A stretch of DNA of 64,000 bases from an uncultured archaeon (GTDB lineage Archaea > Thermoproteota > Nitrososphaeria > Nitrososphaerales > Gagatemarchaeaceae). Both the position numbers and the translations under genes were made by a program. Positions 29,216 through 38,639 of this stretch are shown here, piece by piece. The stretch covers positions 576,001 through 640,000 of the forward strand of contig CAWCYD010000003.1 in assembly GCA_963799775.1 (NCBI GenBank). The letters are read 5' to 3'. Within the stretch, counting starts at the first letter, position 1. Each line of letters begins with the position of its first letter. The notes under the pieces were generated by a model. It saw only the letters and a list, made by a program, of their open reading frames with translations, ran no database searches and was not told where the DNA came from.

Positions 29216-29291
29216 ATTTCTGCTCCATTCGGCTTATAGGCAAACTGACAACCTCGTTAGAAAAAACATGAAAAAGGTGCAATAATTGTCC
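29216..29291. promoter_or_regulatory. Upstream element shared with 32350-32424
   Basis: atttctgctccattcggcttataggc vs atttcggctccattcgccttatagcc (23/26), then a similar aaaggtgcaataattgtc box at matching spacing. Confidence 0.65.
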
Positions 29292-29398
29292 TTTTTACCA
29301 TGCACACAACGGATTCTAGGCTCATGGAGTTCAACGCAAGAGCGGGCTATAGCAAAGGTAATTGATTATGGCTCGGACCCATCGCGCAGGCGGTTGCC

Positions 29399-30807
29399 TT
29401 GACAGCTAGCGCTGCTATCTCGCCCCTGCCATTGGTCTTGGACCCCATCGTCCAGATTGTGACACTGGAAATCATCGCGCTCTCAGCCTTCTACATGTAC
29501 AGACAGAAACTAACCGCTTACAAATACGCGAAGGGACTACTGATTGCGAGTAATGCGCTCTTCTCTGTAGTGATGGTTTTCGAGTTCCTTCGCACGGCGG
29601 TCTACATACCATCCGACTTTGTGTCGAGCGGTTTCGCCTATATTTACACAGTTGGCGCTACAAGCCTGATCCTAGCCTCTGTCGTAGTGCTGACCCTACT
29701 CGCGGTCACAGTCTACTTGGCGCCGTCTGGCATTGGGACTAAGGGCATAGCCGGGTTGCTCTGGGACAAGAAAACTCACCTCTTGCTTTTCGGCGCTTAC
29801 ACAGCATTCATCGTATTTGCCGGAGTCTATCTTGCCGTTGCGACCCCATTCGTAATCCAGCAGATTCCGAGCATCACAGGAGTCATCCTGCCCGTCTCCG
29901 CTTTCAATCAGACGTATCTGCTGATAATTCTCATTGTTCTATTGGGCTTCATTCTCTATCCTTCGGTCCTCCTCTTTCTCGCGTCGAGGAAGGCGAAGGA
30001 CCCAGCGGTCAGGCGCGTGTTGAGGATCCTTCCCCTAGTTTGGAGCGGGATCGGCATCGATCTCCTCGTGTTCAACGGAGTCCTCCTGGCAGCCAACATA
30101 GACGCCACGGCCTTCGGGTACCTGATCGCCGCAGTGGCCTTTGGAGTGACGGCAATCGTCTTCCGGCGGGCCTCTCTCCTTACGGCGTTCTTCGAGCCGG
30201 TCGCACCCACTGGGAGGTTCGCGGCCGAATTCCCGTTCACAGAGCGGCTGGACGTGCCTTCGACCTTCCTTCAGGGGAGGACGCTCCTGCTGGAGGACGA
30301 CCCCTCGGTCCCATACGAGCAGGTTGTCACGGACTTTGCACGCCAATCAATCACGAACAACCAGACGATCTACGTCTTCACCGCCAAGGGAAGCCCGATC
30401 TATTCCGCGCTCCACAAGATGAACGGTGTGAGGTTCTACATCCTCTCTTCCAAGGTGGCGTATCCCAAACCGGAAGAGAACGAGCCTTCCCAGATACTCG
30501 TCCCGGCCAACGACCAAGCTGTGATCCTGGACCTCCTCGACAAGACGATAAACGCGGCAGAATCCCCCGCCCAAATAGCTGTGATATTCGACAGCATCTC
30601 CGACATGATCCTCTCAGCGAGCTTCGAGAGCACCTACAAGTTCGTCAAGCAGGTCAACGAGGTCACCGGGAACGGCAAGACCACTGCGCTCTTCCTCATG
30701 ACGTCAGGGGCGCACGAGGAGAAGGTCGTGAGCTTCATCAGGAGCCTCTTCCCGACACAACTCGTGGACGACAGCGGCGGCCTAAGGATGACGAGGTGCC
30801 CCAGTAG
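29399..30807 (+). CDS. 7TM membrane sensor fused to an inactive KaiC/RecA-like (DUF835-like) domain
   Basis: About 7 TM helices in the first 260 aa; then degenerate P-loop EDDPSVPY, VIFDSISD and GAHEEK; true stop likely 30805-30807. Confidence 0.75.
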
Positions 30808-30863
30808 GGACCGAGCGGACAACATTTCCATAGTATATATATCGTGGAGCACCGCCTGTCCGG

Positions 30864-31172
30864 ATGATGGTAGCGATCCTGCCGCCAGGTGCATCGTTGA
30901 CTTTCGTCGCTGCGGTGCTCGTGCCCTTGGTGTTGGGCTTCATCGTGGGCACCGTCATAAAGCGGGCCGTCGCGCTCGGTGTCGCGATCGCGGTCCTCAT
31001 CCTAATTCTCATCGTGCTGGGCGTCGTGAGTCCGTCTCAAGTGATCAATCCTATAGTGTCGGCGTTCAAGTCAGGTCCGGCCCTGGCCTCCAAGGTCAGC
31101 CAGATAGCAGGCTATCTGCCGTATTCCTCTATCACGTTTCTGATAGGGCTAGCCGTCGGGTTCCTAAGGTAG
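30864..31172 (+). CDS. Small hydrophobic membrane protein
   Basis: Three TM segments; TATA-like tatatat upstream. Confidence 0.75.
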   Translation: MMVAILPPGASLTFVAAVLVPLVLGFIVGTVIKRAVALGVAIAVLILILIVLGVVSPSQVINPIVSAFKSGPALASKVSQIAGYLPYSSITFLIGLAVGFLR

Positions 31173-31187
31173 ACTAGCAGCCACAGC

Positions 31188-31451
31188 CTACAGTAGCCAT
31201 TCCTTCGGAGGCGGGGTCGTCCCTGCGCAGTTCACCTCCCCCATCACGCGCCTCACGAACGAGGGGCAGGCGAAGCACACCAAGAAGCCCACCTCTTGGT
31301 TGACCACAGGGCAATCGACGCTCTCTTTCTTCATCCTGGCCATCGCCTTGCCACTCGCGACACCTTTCAGCTGCGCGGTTACCTCCTTTGGTATTCTCTT
31401 AGGCTTGGGAGCCTCTTTGATCTTGACTACGTACTTGAAATCAGCGGACAA
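31188..31451 (-). CDS. Small 4-Cys metal-binding protein
   Basis: CPVV..CFACP..VNC. Confidence 0.65.
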   Translation of the reverse strand: MSADFKYVVKIKEAPKPKRIPKEVTAQLKGVASGKAMARMKKESVDCPVVNQEVGFLVCFACPSFVRRVMGEVNCAGTTPPPKEWLL

Positions 31452-31523
31452 GGTGGTGCAGCTTGTTCATCGGGCGGATAAAAACCTGAGTGCCTGGCGC
31501 AGGAAGCACACCGCGGACTACAA

Positions 31524-32191
31524 CTACCCGCCTATGGTGAACGCTATCCACTTTGGTGCCAGAGGTGTCGCGGCGAGCCTGCTGACCATCATGAACCTCC
31601 CTTGTTCCGAGAACTTCATCCGTATCGTCCCGTCCGTGGCGTACTCCACCGACTTCGTCGTCTTCTCGTCGTGCACTCCCTCCTCGAGCAGAACCAGACC
31701 GGTCACGCCTCTCGTCTGGAGCTTGGTGTGGACCGTGTCTAGGAAGCGGAGTGCCCTTTCGGCTCCTCCGTAGTTTATGACGTCCGTGAAGGAGTCTATC
31801 ACTATCCTCGAGTCGTCCTCAGGCTTCGCACCAACGTCGTCTAGGATGGAGGTTACGCCGACCGAGACGTCAGTCAAGGAGCTCAGGCTCGCCGAATACC
31901 TTGACTTGGACTTGCCCGACTTCCAAGAGTAGCAGTCCAGGAAGTGCATGTACTTCTCGACGCCCTTGTTCCAGTGAAATAGCTCCATCGTCTCAAGAGC
32001 CCTCTCTTCGCCTTCGCTCGTCGCCACCAGGAAGGCCTCCTTCTTCTGCTCGACACCCGTGTACAGGAAGCGCTTGCTCAAGATGCTCTTTCCGGCTCCC
32101 GGAGGCCCTAGCACGAGGCATAACGAGCCCACCGGGATGCCTCCCAGCATCATCTGGTCCATGTCGGGGACCCGATGGGCAACCGTTTCAA
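31524..32191 (-). CDS. KaiC-like ATPase (RAD55-like), 5' frameshift near 32170
   Basis: GPPGAGKS, FLDCYS, VIDSFTD, GVHDEK..ATDG. Confidence 0.9.
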
Positions 32192-32349
32192 TGACGCTTT
32201 AGCCTCTCAATCCAGGTTTACAAGGCTTCGCTGCTCTTGAAATCCTAAGAGCGACGGTGCGATCCTCAGAAGCGGTTCCGAGCTTGCCAATCACCTTCTG
32301 TCTGGCTCCTCGAAATGCCCCACTGTGCCTGCTTCAAGATGGAGACTGA

Positions 32350-32424
32350 ATTTCGGCTCCATTCGCCTTATAGCCCGATTCTATGAGATGCCGTAGTAAC
32401 CATCACAAAGTGCACAATCTTGTC
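32350..32424. promoter_or_regulatory. Second copy of the shared upstream element
   Basis: Homologous to 29216-29291. Confidence 0.65.
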
Positions 32425-32491
32425 AGTCAGCCCCTACGCCAATAGCTATTCCGACAGGCCGTAGTCCTACATCACTTTCCGATAGATTGAA

Positions 32492-33214
32492 TTGGTGGCT
32501 TCCTCGAGCGTTGGTGAAACACAAACGATTGTAGCTCTTTCAATATTCGCGGAACTTGCTTTCATTCTCATCGCCGCCTCTGTCTTCTATGCCGGAACCA
32601 AGAGATACGGTGCGACCAAGACAAGCATTTTCTTGCTAGGGTCAGTTCTGTGGACTGCGCCACTGGAGAACTTTGCAGTCCTTAATGGGGCATATTCGTA
32701 CTACTACTTCGCAGGCGCGCTCCAAGCCAATTACCCAGGATACTTCTTTTGGGTCGGGCTTGTTCCATTGTGGATAATCCTGGGCTGGTTTGTCTTCGCA
32801 TTGTCGGGGTTCTTGATCTTTCACAACGTCGTCCTGCCGAGAAGCAGAGCTTTGCTTCAGGCCGCTGCTTCAGGTCTGTTCGCGCTCAATATCGACCTGA
32901 TGATGGACCCTGTTGCTTCCTCCAACGGACTATGGGTGTGGACCGCAAACATCATGGACATTCTGCGGATTCCTCTCTTTAATTTCGTGGGTTGGTTCAT
33001 GCTGATATTCTTCTACGACCTCATCGCCCAGCACACGATATTCAACAGCCGGGAGCTGCCGATCGTTGGGAGGCTTGAGCGGCTCGTCTTTCGCGGTGAG
33101 AATCGACAGGAGGGCATCGATCTCAAGCGCTTGGTATTCCGGATAGTCATACTCGAAATCGTTCTCATTGTATTTCTCACCTTGCTCAATGACACGCTGG
33201 TAGCTCTCACATAG
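32492..33214 (+). CDS. CruF/DUF422-like membrane protein (carotenoid hydratase family)
   Basis: E..A...G.YSY, VPLWIILGW, NIDLMMDPVA..GLWVW, IPLFNFVGW. Confidence 0.8.
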   Translation: MVASSSVGETQTIVALSIFAELAFILIAASVFYAGTKRYGATKTSIFLLGSVLWTAPLENFAVLNGAYSYYYFAGALQANYPGYFFWVGLVPLWIILGWFVFALSGFLIFHNVVLPRSRALLQAAASGLFALNIDLMMDPVASSNGLWVWTANIMDILRIPLFNFVGWFMLIFFYDLIAQHTIFNSRELPIVGRLERLVFRGENRQEGIDLKRLVFRIVILEIVLIVFLTLLNDTLVALT

Positions 33215-33224
33215 TGAATCTGAG

Positions 33225-33434
33225 ATGAATCCCTCAAACTCCGGTGACTCATGGGGCATCCGCCTGGCAGCACTCTCCATACTCGCGGTATTCGCGGTTT
33301 ACCTCGTCGTCTTATACGTCGGAGGGCCAATTGCCGCATTCGGGAACAAGGAGACGAGCTTCCTTTATGCCATACTCGTCTTCATTCCTGTGCTCTTGGT
33401 GTGCATCTACGCGATCTCTAAACGCGGACCCTAG
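33225..33434 (+). CDS. Small 2-TM protein
   Basis: Two hydrophobic segments; 10 bp after the CruF-like gene. Confidence 0.6.
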   Translation: MNPSNSGDSWGIRLAALSILAVFAVYLVVLYVGGPIAAFGNKETSFLYAILVFIPVLLVCIYAISKRGP

Positions 33435-33463
33435 AGACCGACGTTACGAAGGTTTTGGGACTC

Positions 33464-33653
33464 TCAGTTCACGCCTATCTCGGGGAATTTTGACTTGGGG
33501 AGCCCAAGTTCGCCCTGAAGCGGTCCTTATCCTAGTCGCATACTTCACCATGTTGTTCGTGTCCTTCTGCGCTTTCGCGATCTTGTATGCCTTCCACGCC
33601 TTCTTCAGGCCGGCCCAGCTCTGCCCCACGCTGTAGGACATCTGCCCTCCCAT
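33464..33653 (-). CDS. Small basic helical hypothetical protein, frameshift near 33520
   Basis: VGQSWAGLKKAWKAYKIAK..YATRIRT; corrected frame ends QGELGLPKSKFPEIGVN*. Confidence 0.6.
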
Positions 33654-33732
33654 GCCTGGCCTCGGCGCTTTTAGCGGTTCTGGATTGCTCGCACCCTCAA
33701 GGACGAGCGCGGAAGATGGTTCCGGGTTCGCG

Positions 33733-35184
33733 TCAGCCGTGCGCCCCCGCCTCCTTTAGAAGGTCGAGCAGGCGAGTGTATCGTGCCTCCCAGGCCTGCC
33801 TCTGCTCGTCCGCTTTCTTCCGCTCCTCCTCGATCGACTTGTTCAAGTCGGCGACTTCCGTCCTGAGTCTGAAGGCCTCCGTCGAGTCTGGAAGCGTGGG
33901 GATCTCGAACCCTGGCTTCCTCTTGAACCAGGCGACGAGCTTCCCCTGGTCGGCGGTGACCGCGGACAGCGTGTATCCTTGCTTCTCTATACTCTTCGTC
34001 AGCTCTCCGCCTATCTCGCCCTTCACTGTCTCGATGCTGAGGATGTCGTCGAGCATAACCCCGATCGTGTAAGCGGGCTCGACCCGCCACCTGAACTGCC
34101 TCAAAGACCGAGAGATCCGGACGGCTTCCCTCATCTTCTCACTGCCCTCCTCGATGTACCAGGATTTTGAGACGAGCAGGTAGTCGTCCTTCTCCTTCGG
34201 AGGGGGCGTTTCCCTCGGAGGCGCGTGCACCATCTTCGTCTCATGGACCTCTGAAGGCGGCTGGGTCTCCACAGGGGTAGTTTGCACTGCCTTCGTCTCG
34301 TGGACATCTGGTTGGCTTGGCTCCTCTTCCTCAACCTTGGCGGGTGCCTCTTCTTTTGGCTCGAGCACTTGCTCTTGTTCTGGCGGGCTTGTGACTTCTT
34401 CCGCCACATTCGCGGGACGTTTGTGTTCAGTCTCGAGCACTTGCTCTGGTTCTGGCGGGCTCGCCGTTTCTTCCTCCACCTTCGCTGGAGGTTCGCGTTC
34501 TGGCTCGAGCTCTTGCTCTCGCTCCACCTCAAGTTCCACCTCAAGCTCGGGCGCTTGAACCTTCAAGGGCATCGGCTCAGGGGACGGATGAAGTATTTCG
34601 GGCTCGCCCTCAAGCCGAGGAGCCGCTAAGAAGTCAGCATACATTCCTTCGGCTGGGACGACTGGTGGTTCAGGCCTTGGAATCTCCTCCTTATGCTGCG
34701 TGGAGAGGTTGGGCAGCCTTAACGCTTCCCTGGCCTCCCTTACGTACTCGACCGCTTCGGGCTCCCATGTGTAGAGCTGACCGGTGCCTCGTCGGTCAGA
34801 GTATTCCCCTTTTGCAACGATCTCGCGTACCTTCGGGCCTTCATCGAAGTCCAAGTCTTCGACGAAAGCATCGGACATGTCCTCCTTGAAACCGCTGATG
34901 CGAAAGACTGGCTCCTGAGACTCTCCCGTGGTGACGAATTCGACTACCACCTTCGGCAGGGATATTCCATGGCCATCCCCAGAGAGTGGATTCTCGCCTA
35001 TGCTACGGGCGGCCTCCGGCGTCTCCGGCGACTTGCTGTCTTTGACCTCCATGACATTGTGCCCGGGATGGCTCAGGCTGAAGTGATTGACACTGATTGG
35101 TGAGAAGAAGGACTCTGTTATTCCGCATGTGACACACCTCACGGTAATCTTCTTCGTTCTCGACGAGAACGCTTCATTGTTCAA
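33733..35184 (-). CDS. Zn-finger, Glu/Pro-rich linker, C-terminal domain and coiled-coil protein
   Basis: CVTC..H....H..H at N-terminus; acidic repeats; C-terminal heptads. Confidence 0.75.
   Translation of the reverse strand: MNNEAFSSRTKKITVRCVTCGITESFFSPISVNHFSLSHPGHNVMEVKDSKSPETPEAARSIGENPLSGDGHGISLPKVVVEFVTTGESQEPVFRISGFKEDMSDAFVEDLDFDEGPKVREIVAKGEYSDRRGTGQLYTWEPEAVEYVREAREALRLPNLSTQHKEEIPRPEPPVVPAEGMYADFLAAPRLEGEPEILHPSPEPMPLKVQAPELEVELEVEREQELEPEREPPAKVEEETASPPEPEQVLETEHKRPANVAEEVTSPPEQEQVLEPKEEAPAKVEEEEPSQPDVHETKAVQTTPVETQPPSEVHETKMVHAPPRETPPPKEKDDYLLVSKSWYIEEGSEKMREAVRISRSLRQFRWRVEPAYTIGVMLDDILSIETVKGEIGGELTKSIEKQGYTLSAVTADQGKLVAWFKRKPGFEIPTLPDSTEAFRLRTEVADLNKSIEEERKKADEQRQAWEARYTRLLDLLKEAGAHG
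34315..34520 (-). repeat. About 3 x 72-bp (24-aa) intragenic tandem repeat
   Basis: EQELEPEREPPAKVEEETASPPEP / EQVLETEHKRPANVAEEVTSPPEQ / EQVLEPKEEAPAKVEEEEPSQP. Confidence 0.8.
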
Positions 35185-35353
35185 GCGGGCCGTGTCTCCT
35201 GTTCGTGGCCCGTGCTTGAGAGCGCCTTGGCAATAAGCTCGCTTGCCGATTCGCTAACATTGAGCCGTGTCTTCTTGTGCTTGCTCCTGGCCGCGACATA
35301 ATCGATCAGCCTCATGTAAAGCGGTCCTCCAGGGACACGGTGATCTTCTTCAT
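35181..35353 (-). CDS. RHH/CopG-like small regulator, frameshift near 35320
   Basis: Corrected frame MKKITVSLEDxLYMRLIDYVAARSK..NVSESASELIAKAL. Confidence 0.6.
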
Positions 35354-35450
35354 GTCCGCCAAGCTGACAATCTGCCTGGAATATTAGCAGAATTGAGCAC
35401 AAATCTGGACCTGAAATCGGCCCGCGGTCCTTGCTGGTCAGCCCTGACCT

Positions 35451-36185
35451 CTAAAATATTTGCTCGCTCGGGAAGACCTCTATCCCGTGCTCGGTTATCC
35501 GATACGGATGAGGCTGGGTGTCATGCGCTACACCGCGCATCTTCTCGATGCTGAAGACCCTGGTGAAGGTTGACCCCGCCAGGATCTTCGACATCACAAT
35601 CACACCCTGGGTCAAGAACTCCTCGAAGACGTGAGGGCGTTGGAGCTGCGCGTCGTTGAGCTCGTCCACGAACAGCGTGGTGCACTTTGTCTTGGACGCG
35701 GCGGCGATGAGGTCGAGGAAGGCTATTCTCCTCGTGTACTCGTCGCTAAAGTGCACAATGAGGGTGGAGATGGGGTCGATCACAAGGCGGGTCGCATTGA
35801 CCCTCTTCACCGCGTCGGTGAGGGAAGATATCATCGTGGACAGAGCGAACTCATGGCCCCCGACCTCCGCACCCCCAAGCTTGATCTTGGCCGGGAGGAG
35901 CCGGATGGGCGAGGCATCCACTATGGCTATCTTGCCATCCTTCACCGGTTTCGCCAGGTCGACGCCCATTTGCTTGGCGTTTGCAAGCAGCCTTTCAGGG
36001 TCTTCGTCCATGGAGAGATAGACGCCGTTCTCCCCCGAGGCGATCCCCGACTGGAGGAACTGGAGGCTGAAAATGGTCTTCCCGCTGCCGGGAGCGCCTA
36101 GAAGAAGAATGGAGGAACCCTTGGGAACGCCCTTCCCGTCAAGAAGAGAGTCTACGCCCTGGATTCCCAGCGTCACATAGGACAA
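35451..36185 (-). CDS. KaiC-like ATPase
   Basis: LGIQGVD, GAPGSGKT, SMDE, VIDP, EEFLTQG, EKMRG. Confidence 0.93.
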   Translation of the reverse strand: MSYVTLGIQGVDSLLDGKGVPKGSSILLLGAPGSGKTIFSLQFLQSGIASGENGVYLSMDEDPERLLANAKQMGVDLAKPVKDGKIAIVDASPIRLLPAKIKLGGAEVGGHEFALSTMISSLTDAVKRVNATRLVIDPISTLIVHFSDEYTRRIAFLDLIAAASKTKCTTLFVDELNDAQLQRPHVFEEFLTQGVIVMSKILAGSTFTRVFSIEKMRGVAHDTQPHPYRITEHGIEVFPSEQIF

Positions 36186-36701
36186 AGTCTAGCCCGTGAC
36201 CTTGGCGACGTGGTTCTTAAGAGACTGCTGCCAGGCCTGCGGTGCTGGACCTCGAACTTTGCGATTTCGACGCCGTTTTCCGTCTCGACAGTCAGCATGA
36301 GGGTTGAGAACGTCTCGGAGTCGTCCAGAAACCCCGGATGAGAGTTAATCGCTCGCTCGCCTGAGGCCTTTCTCTGGAAGTCGTCCTTGCTCTTCCAGTT
36401 CGGACGGCTCCTCTTGGCCCGGACTCCCGACTCGGTCGTCACGTCCATGATGGTGCTGAGTGCAATGGAGAGGATTTTGCCCGTCGAGTTCAGCCGCGCC
36501 GTCTCGAGCACGCCCGCGTACCGGGGCTCGTGGATGTGGAATATCAGGTATCGAGAGTTGAGCATGAGCTTGCCGACCATAACGTGGGGGTAGGAGGAGA
36601 GGTGGCCCTCGTAGTAGACGAAGACGTTCGCTGGGACCTTTGAGGTCTCGAGAGACCTTTGGTTCGAGCTATTCCCCTCCGGTCTGTTGCTCGATTGTCA
36701 T
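36173..36701 (-). CDS. Possible PH/GRAM-like domain protein (5' part frameshifted near 36675)
   Basis: Frame open upstream of the ORF call: VYYEGHLSSYPHVMVGKLMLNSRYLIFH..LSIALSTIMDV. Confidence 0.5.
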
Positions 36702-37136
36702 CTCCCTTCGCCTCTTGGGCGCGAAGGGGTCTAGGGTCGCCATGGATTCGATGTCGTGGATGCCTCTGGCCGTCACCAAGCATCCGAGAAGCGTCGCGAC
36801 TGCACATGCCCCCGCGATGGGCTCGCGGAAGAAGAATCCGACCACGCCAGTTTCAGCTGCGAGGGTGCCGCTCGCGGCAACCAGCATGCCGACCTGGTAG
36901 ACGAGAGAGCGGCTCCTGAAACCGGCGTAAATCATCGCTACAGCCCCCAATGAAAGGCCCGAGATTGCAAGGTAGAGCCACTGCGAAGAGAAAGCGGCAG
37001 CAGCCACGCTCGTGACCATGAATACAAAGCTCCCCGCTAGCGAGAGGGCGAACCCTCGTAGCTTCCTGTTCTTCCCTTCTAGCTCTGGGTAAAGCTCAGG
37101 GTACATAGGTCTTCGATTGCGCATGGTGGACTTCAC
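36669..37136 (-). CDS. 4-TM membrane protein
   Basis: Four hydrophobic segments; lies in a tight minus-strand operon. Confidence 0.7.
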   Translation of the reverse strand: MKSTMRNRRPMYPELYPELEGKNRKLRGFALSLAGSFVFMVTSVAAAAFSSQWLYLAISGLSLGAVAMIYAGFRSRSLVYQVGMLVAASGTLAAETGVVGFFFREPIAGACAVATLLGCLVTARGIHDIESMATLDPFAPKRRREMTIEQQTGGE

Positions 37137-37145
37137 CGAGGAAGT

Positions 37146-37535
37146 TTAGAAGTTTAGACTGTTGAGTCGATTCGGGTTATTCGTCTTCGACTCCACGGGC
37201 ATCAGCTCGGGCGAGATCAGGTGCGCGAGCTCGATGTACTTCTGGACGAAACCGGCTCCCTTGGGCGTCGCGACGTAGACTATGCTGTCCTCCTCGTGTA
37301 TCGAGTCGAGCAGGCCGGTCTGGGTGAGGTTCTCTATCATCCTCGTCGCGACGATGCTGTTCACGTTCGCGAAGAGCATGATGTGGCTCTTGCTCGCCGG
37401 AGATCTGCAACAGTTGAGCACGTCGGCCATGACGTCGATCCTTCCCCTGTTCTTTGCGTGGGAGGGCTTCCGTGTCGGCGACCTGCTCTGCTGCGAGTCG
37501 AGCGTTACTTCCCTTGCCTGCTGCGATGACTGCAT
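37146..37535 (-). CDS. Winged-helix regulator (HTH_45-like)
   Basis: NRGRIDVMADVL..SKSHIMLFANV..LTQTGLL..YVATPKG. Confidence 0.85.
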   Translation of the reverse strand: MQSSQQAREVTLDSQQSRSPTRKPSHAKNRGRIDVMADVLNCCRSPASKSHIMLFANVNSIVATRMIENLTQTGLLDSIHEEDSIVYVATPKGAGFVQKYIELAHLISPELMPVESKTNNPNRLNSLNF

Positions 37536-37831
37536 TCCAGCGCCGAACTAGTTGTGGACGCGATTAGAACGGGTGTCGTGCAACATCCCTGCAATCGTCC
37601 TAGGACTGTGTCTGTAACACACCACGTTGCAGCCCACTTTCGCATTACGCTAGGCAGATGAGAGTGTTGAGCGCGCGGTCCTCCCCTGACTCTTTCTGGA
37701 GAGATAGCGGAAACCCCGCGAGGGTTGCGCAGAGATTCGGGCTCCGCAAGTGTTCACTTTCCCCATCATGGGGCACAATCTGGGGAGAATCCATATATAA
37801 TGGGGAATATCCCAAAATACGGGGAATAGTC

Positions 37832-38077
37832 TTGACTGTTAGGCGGGTCGACAAGCAGGGCAGGATAGCGTTGCCTCGGAAATGGCGGTCCAGAGCGTTG
37901 AAAGGTGCGACCGAGGTTGTCGTGGTTGAACAGGATGAAACGTTGATAGTGCGCCCACGGGCGAGAACCGACCTTACTAGATACTTCGACAGCATCGAGG
38001 TTGACTTGGACCCTCGTCTCTTCGCAGACTATAAGCTTCTCAAACAGTCTTTGTTAAAACAAGAGAGGGAGGGGTGA
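37832..38077 (+). CDS. AbrB/MazE-type antitoxin
   Basis: RRVDKQGRIALPRKWR; upstream repeated TGGGGA boxes and TATATAA. Confidence 0.85.
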   Translation: MTVRRVDKQGRIALPRKWRSRALKGATEVVVVEQDETLIVRPRARTDLTRYFDSIEVDLDPRLFADYKLLKQSLLKQEREG

Positions 38078-38503
38078 AGTGGTTGCGATTTGTGGATGCC
38101 TCGGTGTTCCTCCACGCCTACCTGCGCCCGAAACTAGAGCCGCCCAAGGACATCGATGGCCGTCAAGGCAAGAGCGCGCGCGATAGTGAAGCGCATAAAC
38201 GAAGGGGAAGAGGTAAGCACCACGCTGGTTCACATGTCTGAAATCGCCAACATCCTGGAGGCGAGAACCACTTTGGAGACCAGTCTTGAAATCATCTCGG
38301 CATTGATCGGCCTTCCCAACTTCCTCGTCTTGGAGGTATCTAAGGAGTCATACGAGTCCGCGATTGAGCAATCCCGGATTTACATGGTCGGTCTGAATGA
38401 CGCTCTTGCTTCTCTGATCATGATTGAGGCGGGGATATCAGAAATCTACAGTTTCGACAAGGACTACGACAGAATACACGCCCTCACCCGAATCGACTCG
38501 TGA
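38074..38503 (+). CDS. vapC: PIN-domain toxin (VapC), frameshift near 38155
   Basis: RFVDASVFLHAY, HMSE, LNDALA, IYSFDKDYD. Confidence 0.88.
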
Positions 38504-38639
38504 AAAGGGTTTCATCGGTTCATCAATCGATTGATGTCCTGTTCATACGCGCGGCCTCCAGGCTCGCTAGATGCGGAACCCCATCGACAACGATGCATTC
38601 CAAAACCCTAATCTTGGGTATCGACAGCTTACCAGGGAC

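Noticed and set aside
30808-31177. C-terminal extension of the 592-aa ORF
   Set aside because: Non-protein-like read-through overlapping the convincing gene 30864..31172; likely an indel just before the stop at 30807.
37658-37720. Possible relic of the DAO 5' end upstream of the AbrB/PIN pair
   Set aside because: The match needs several gaps and is too weak to distinguish from chance.
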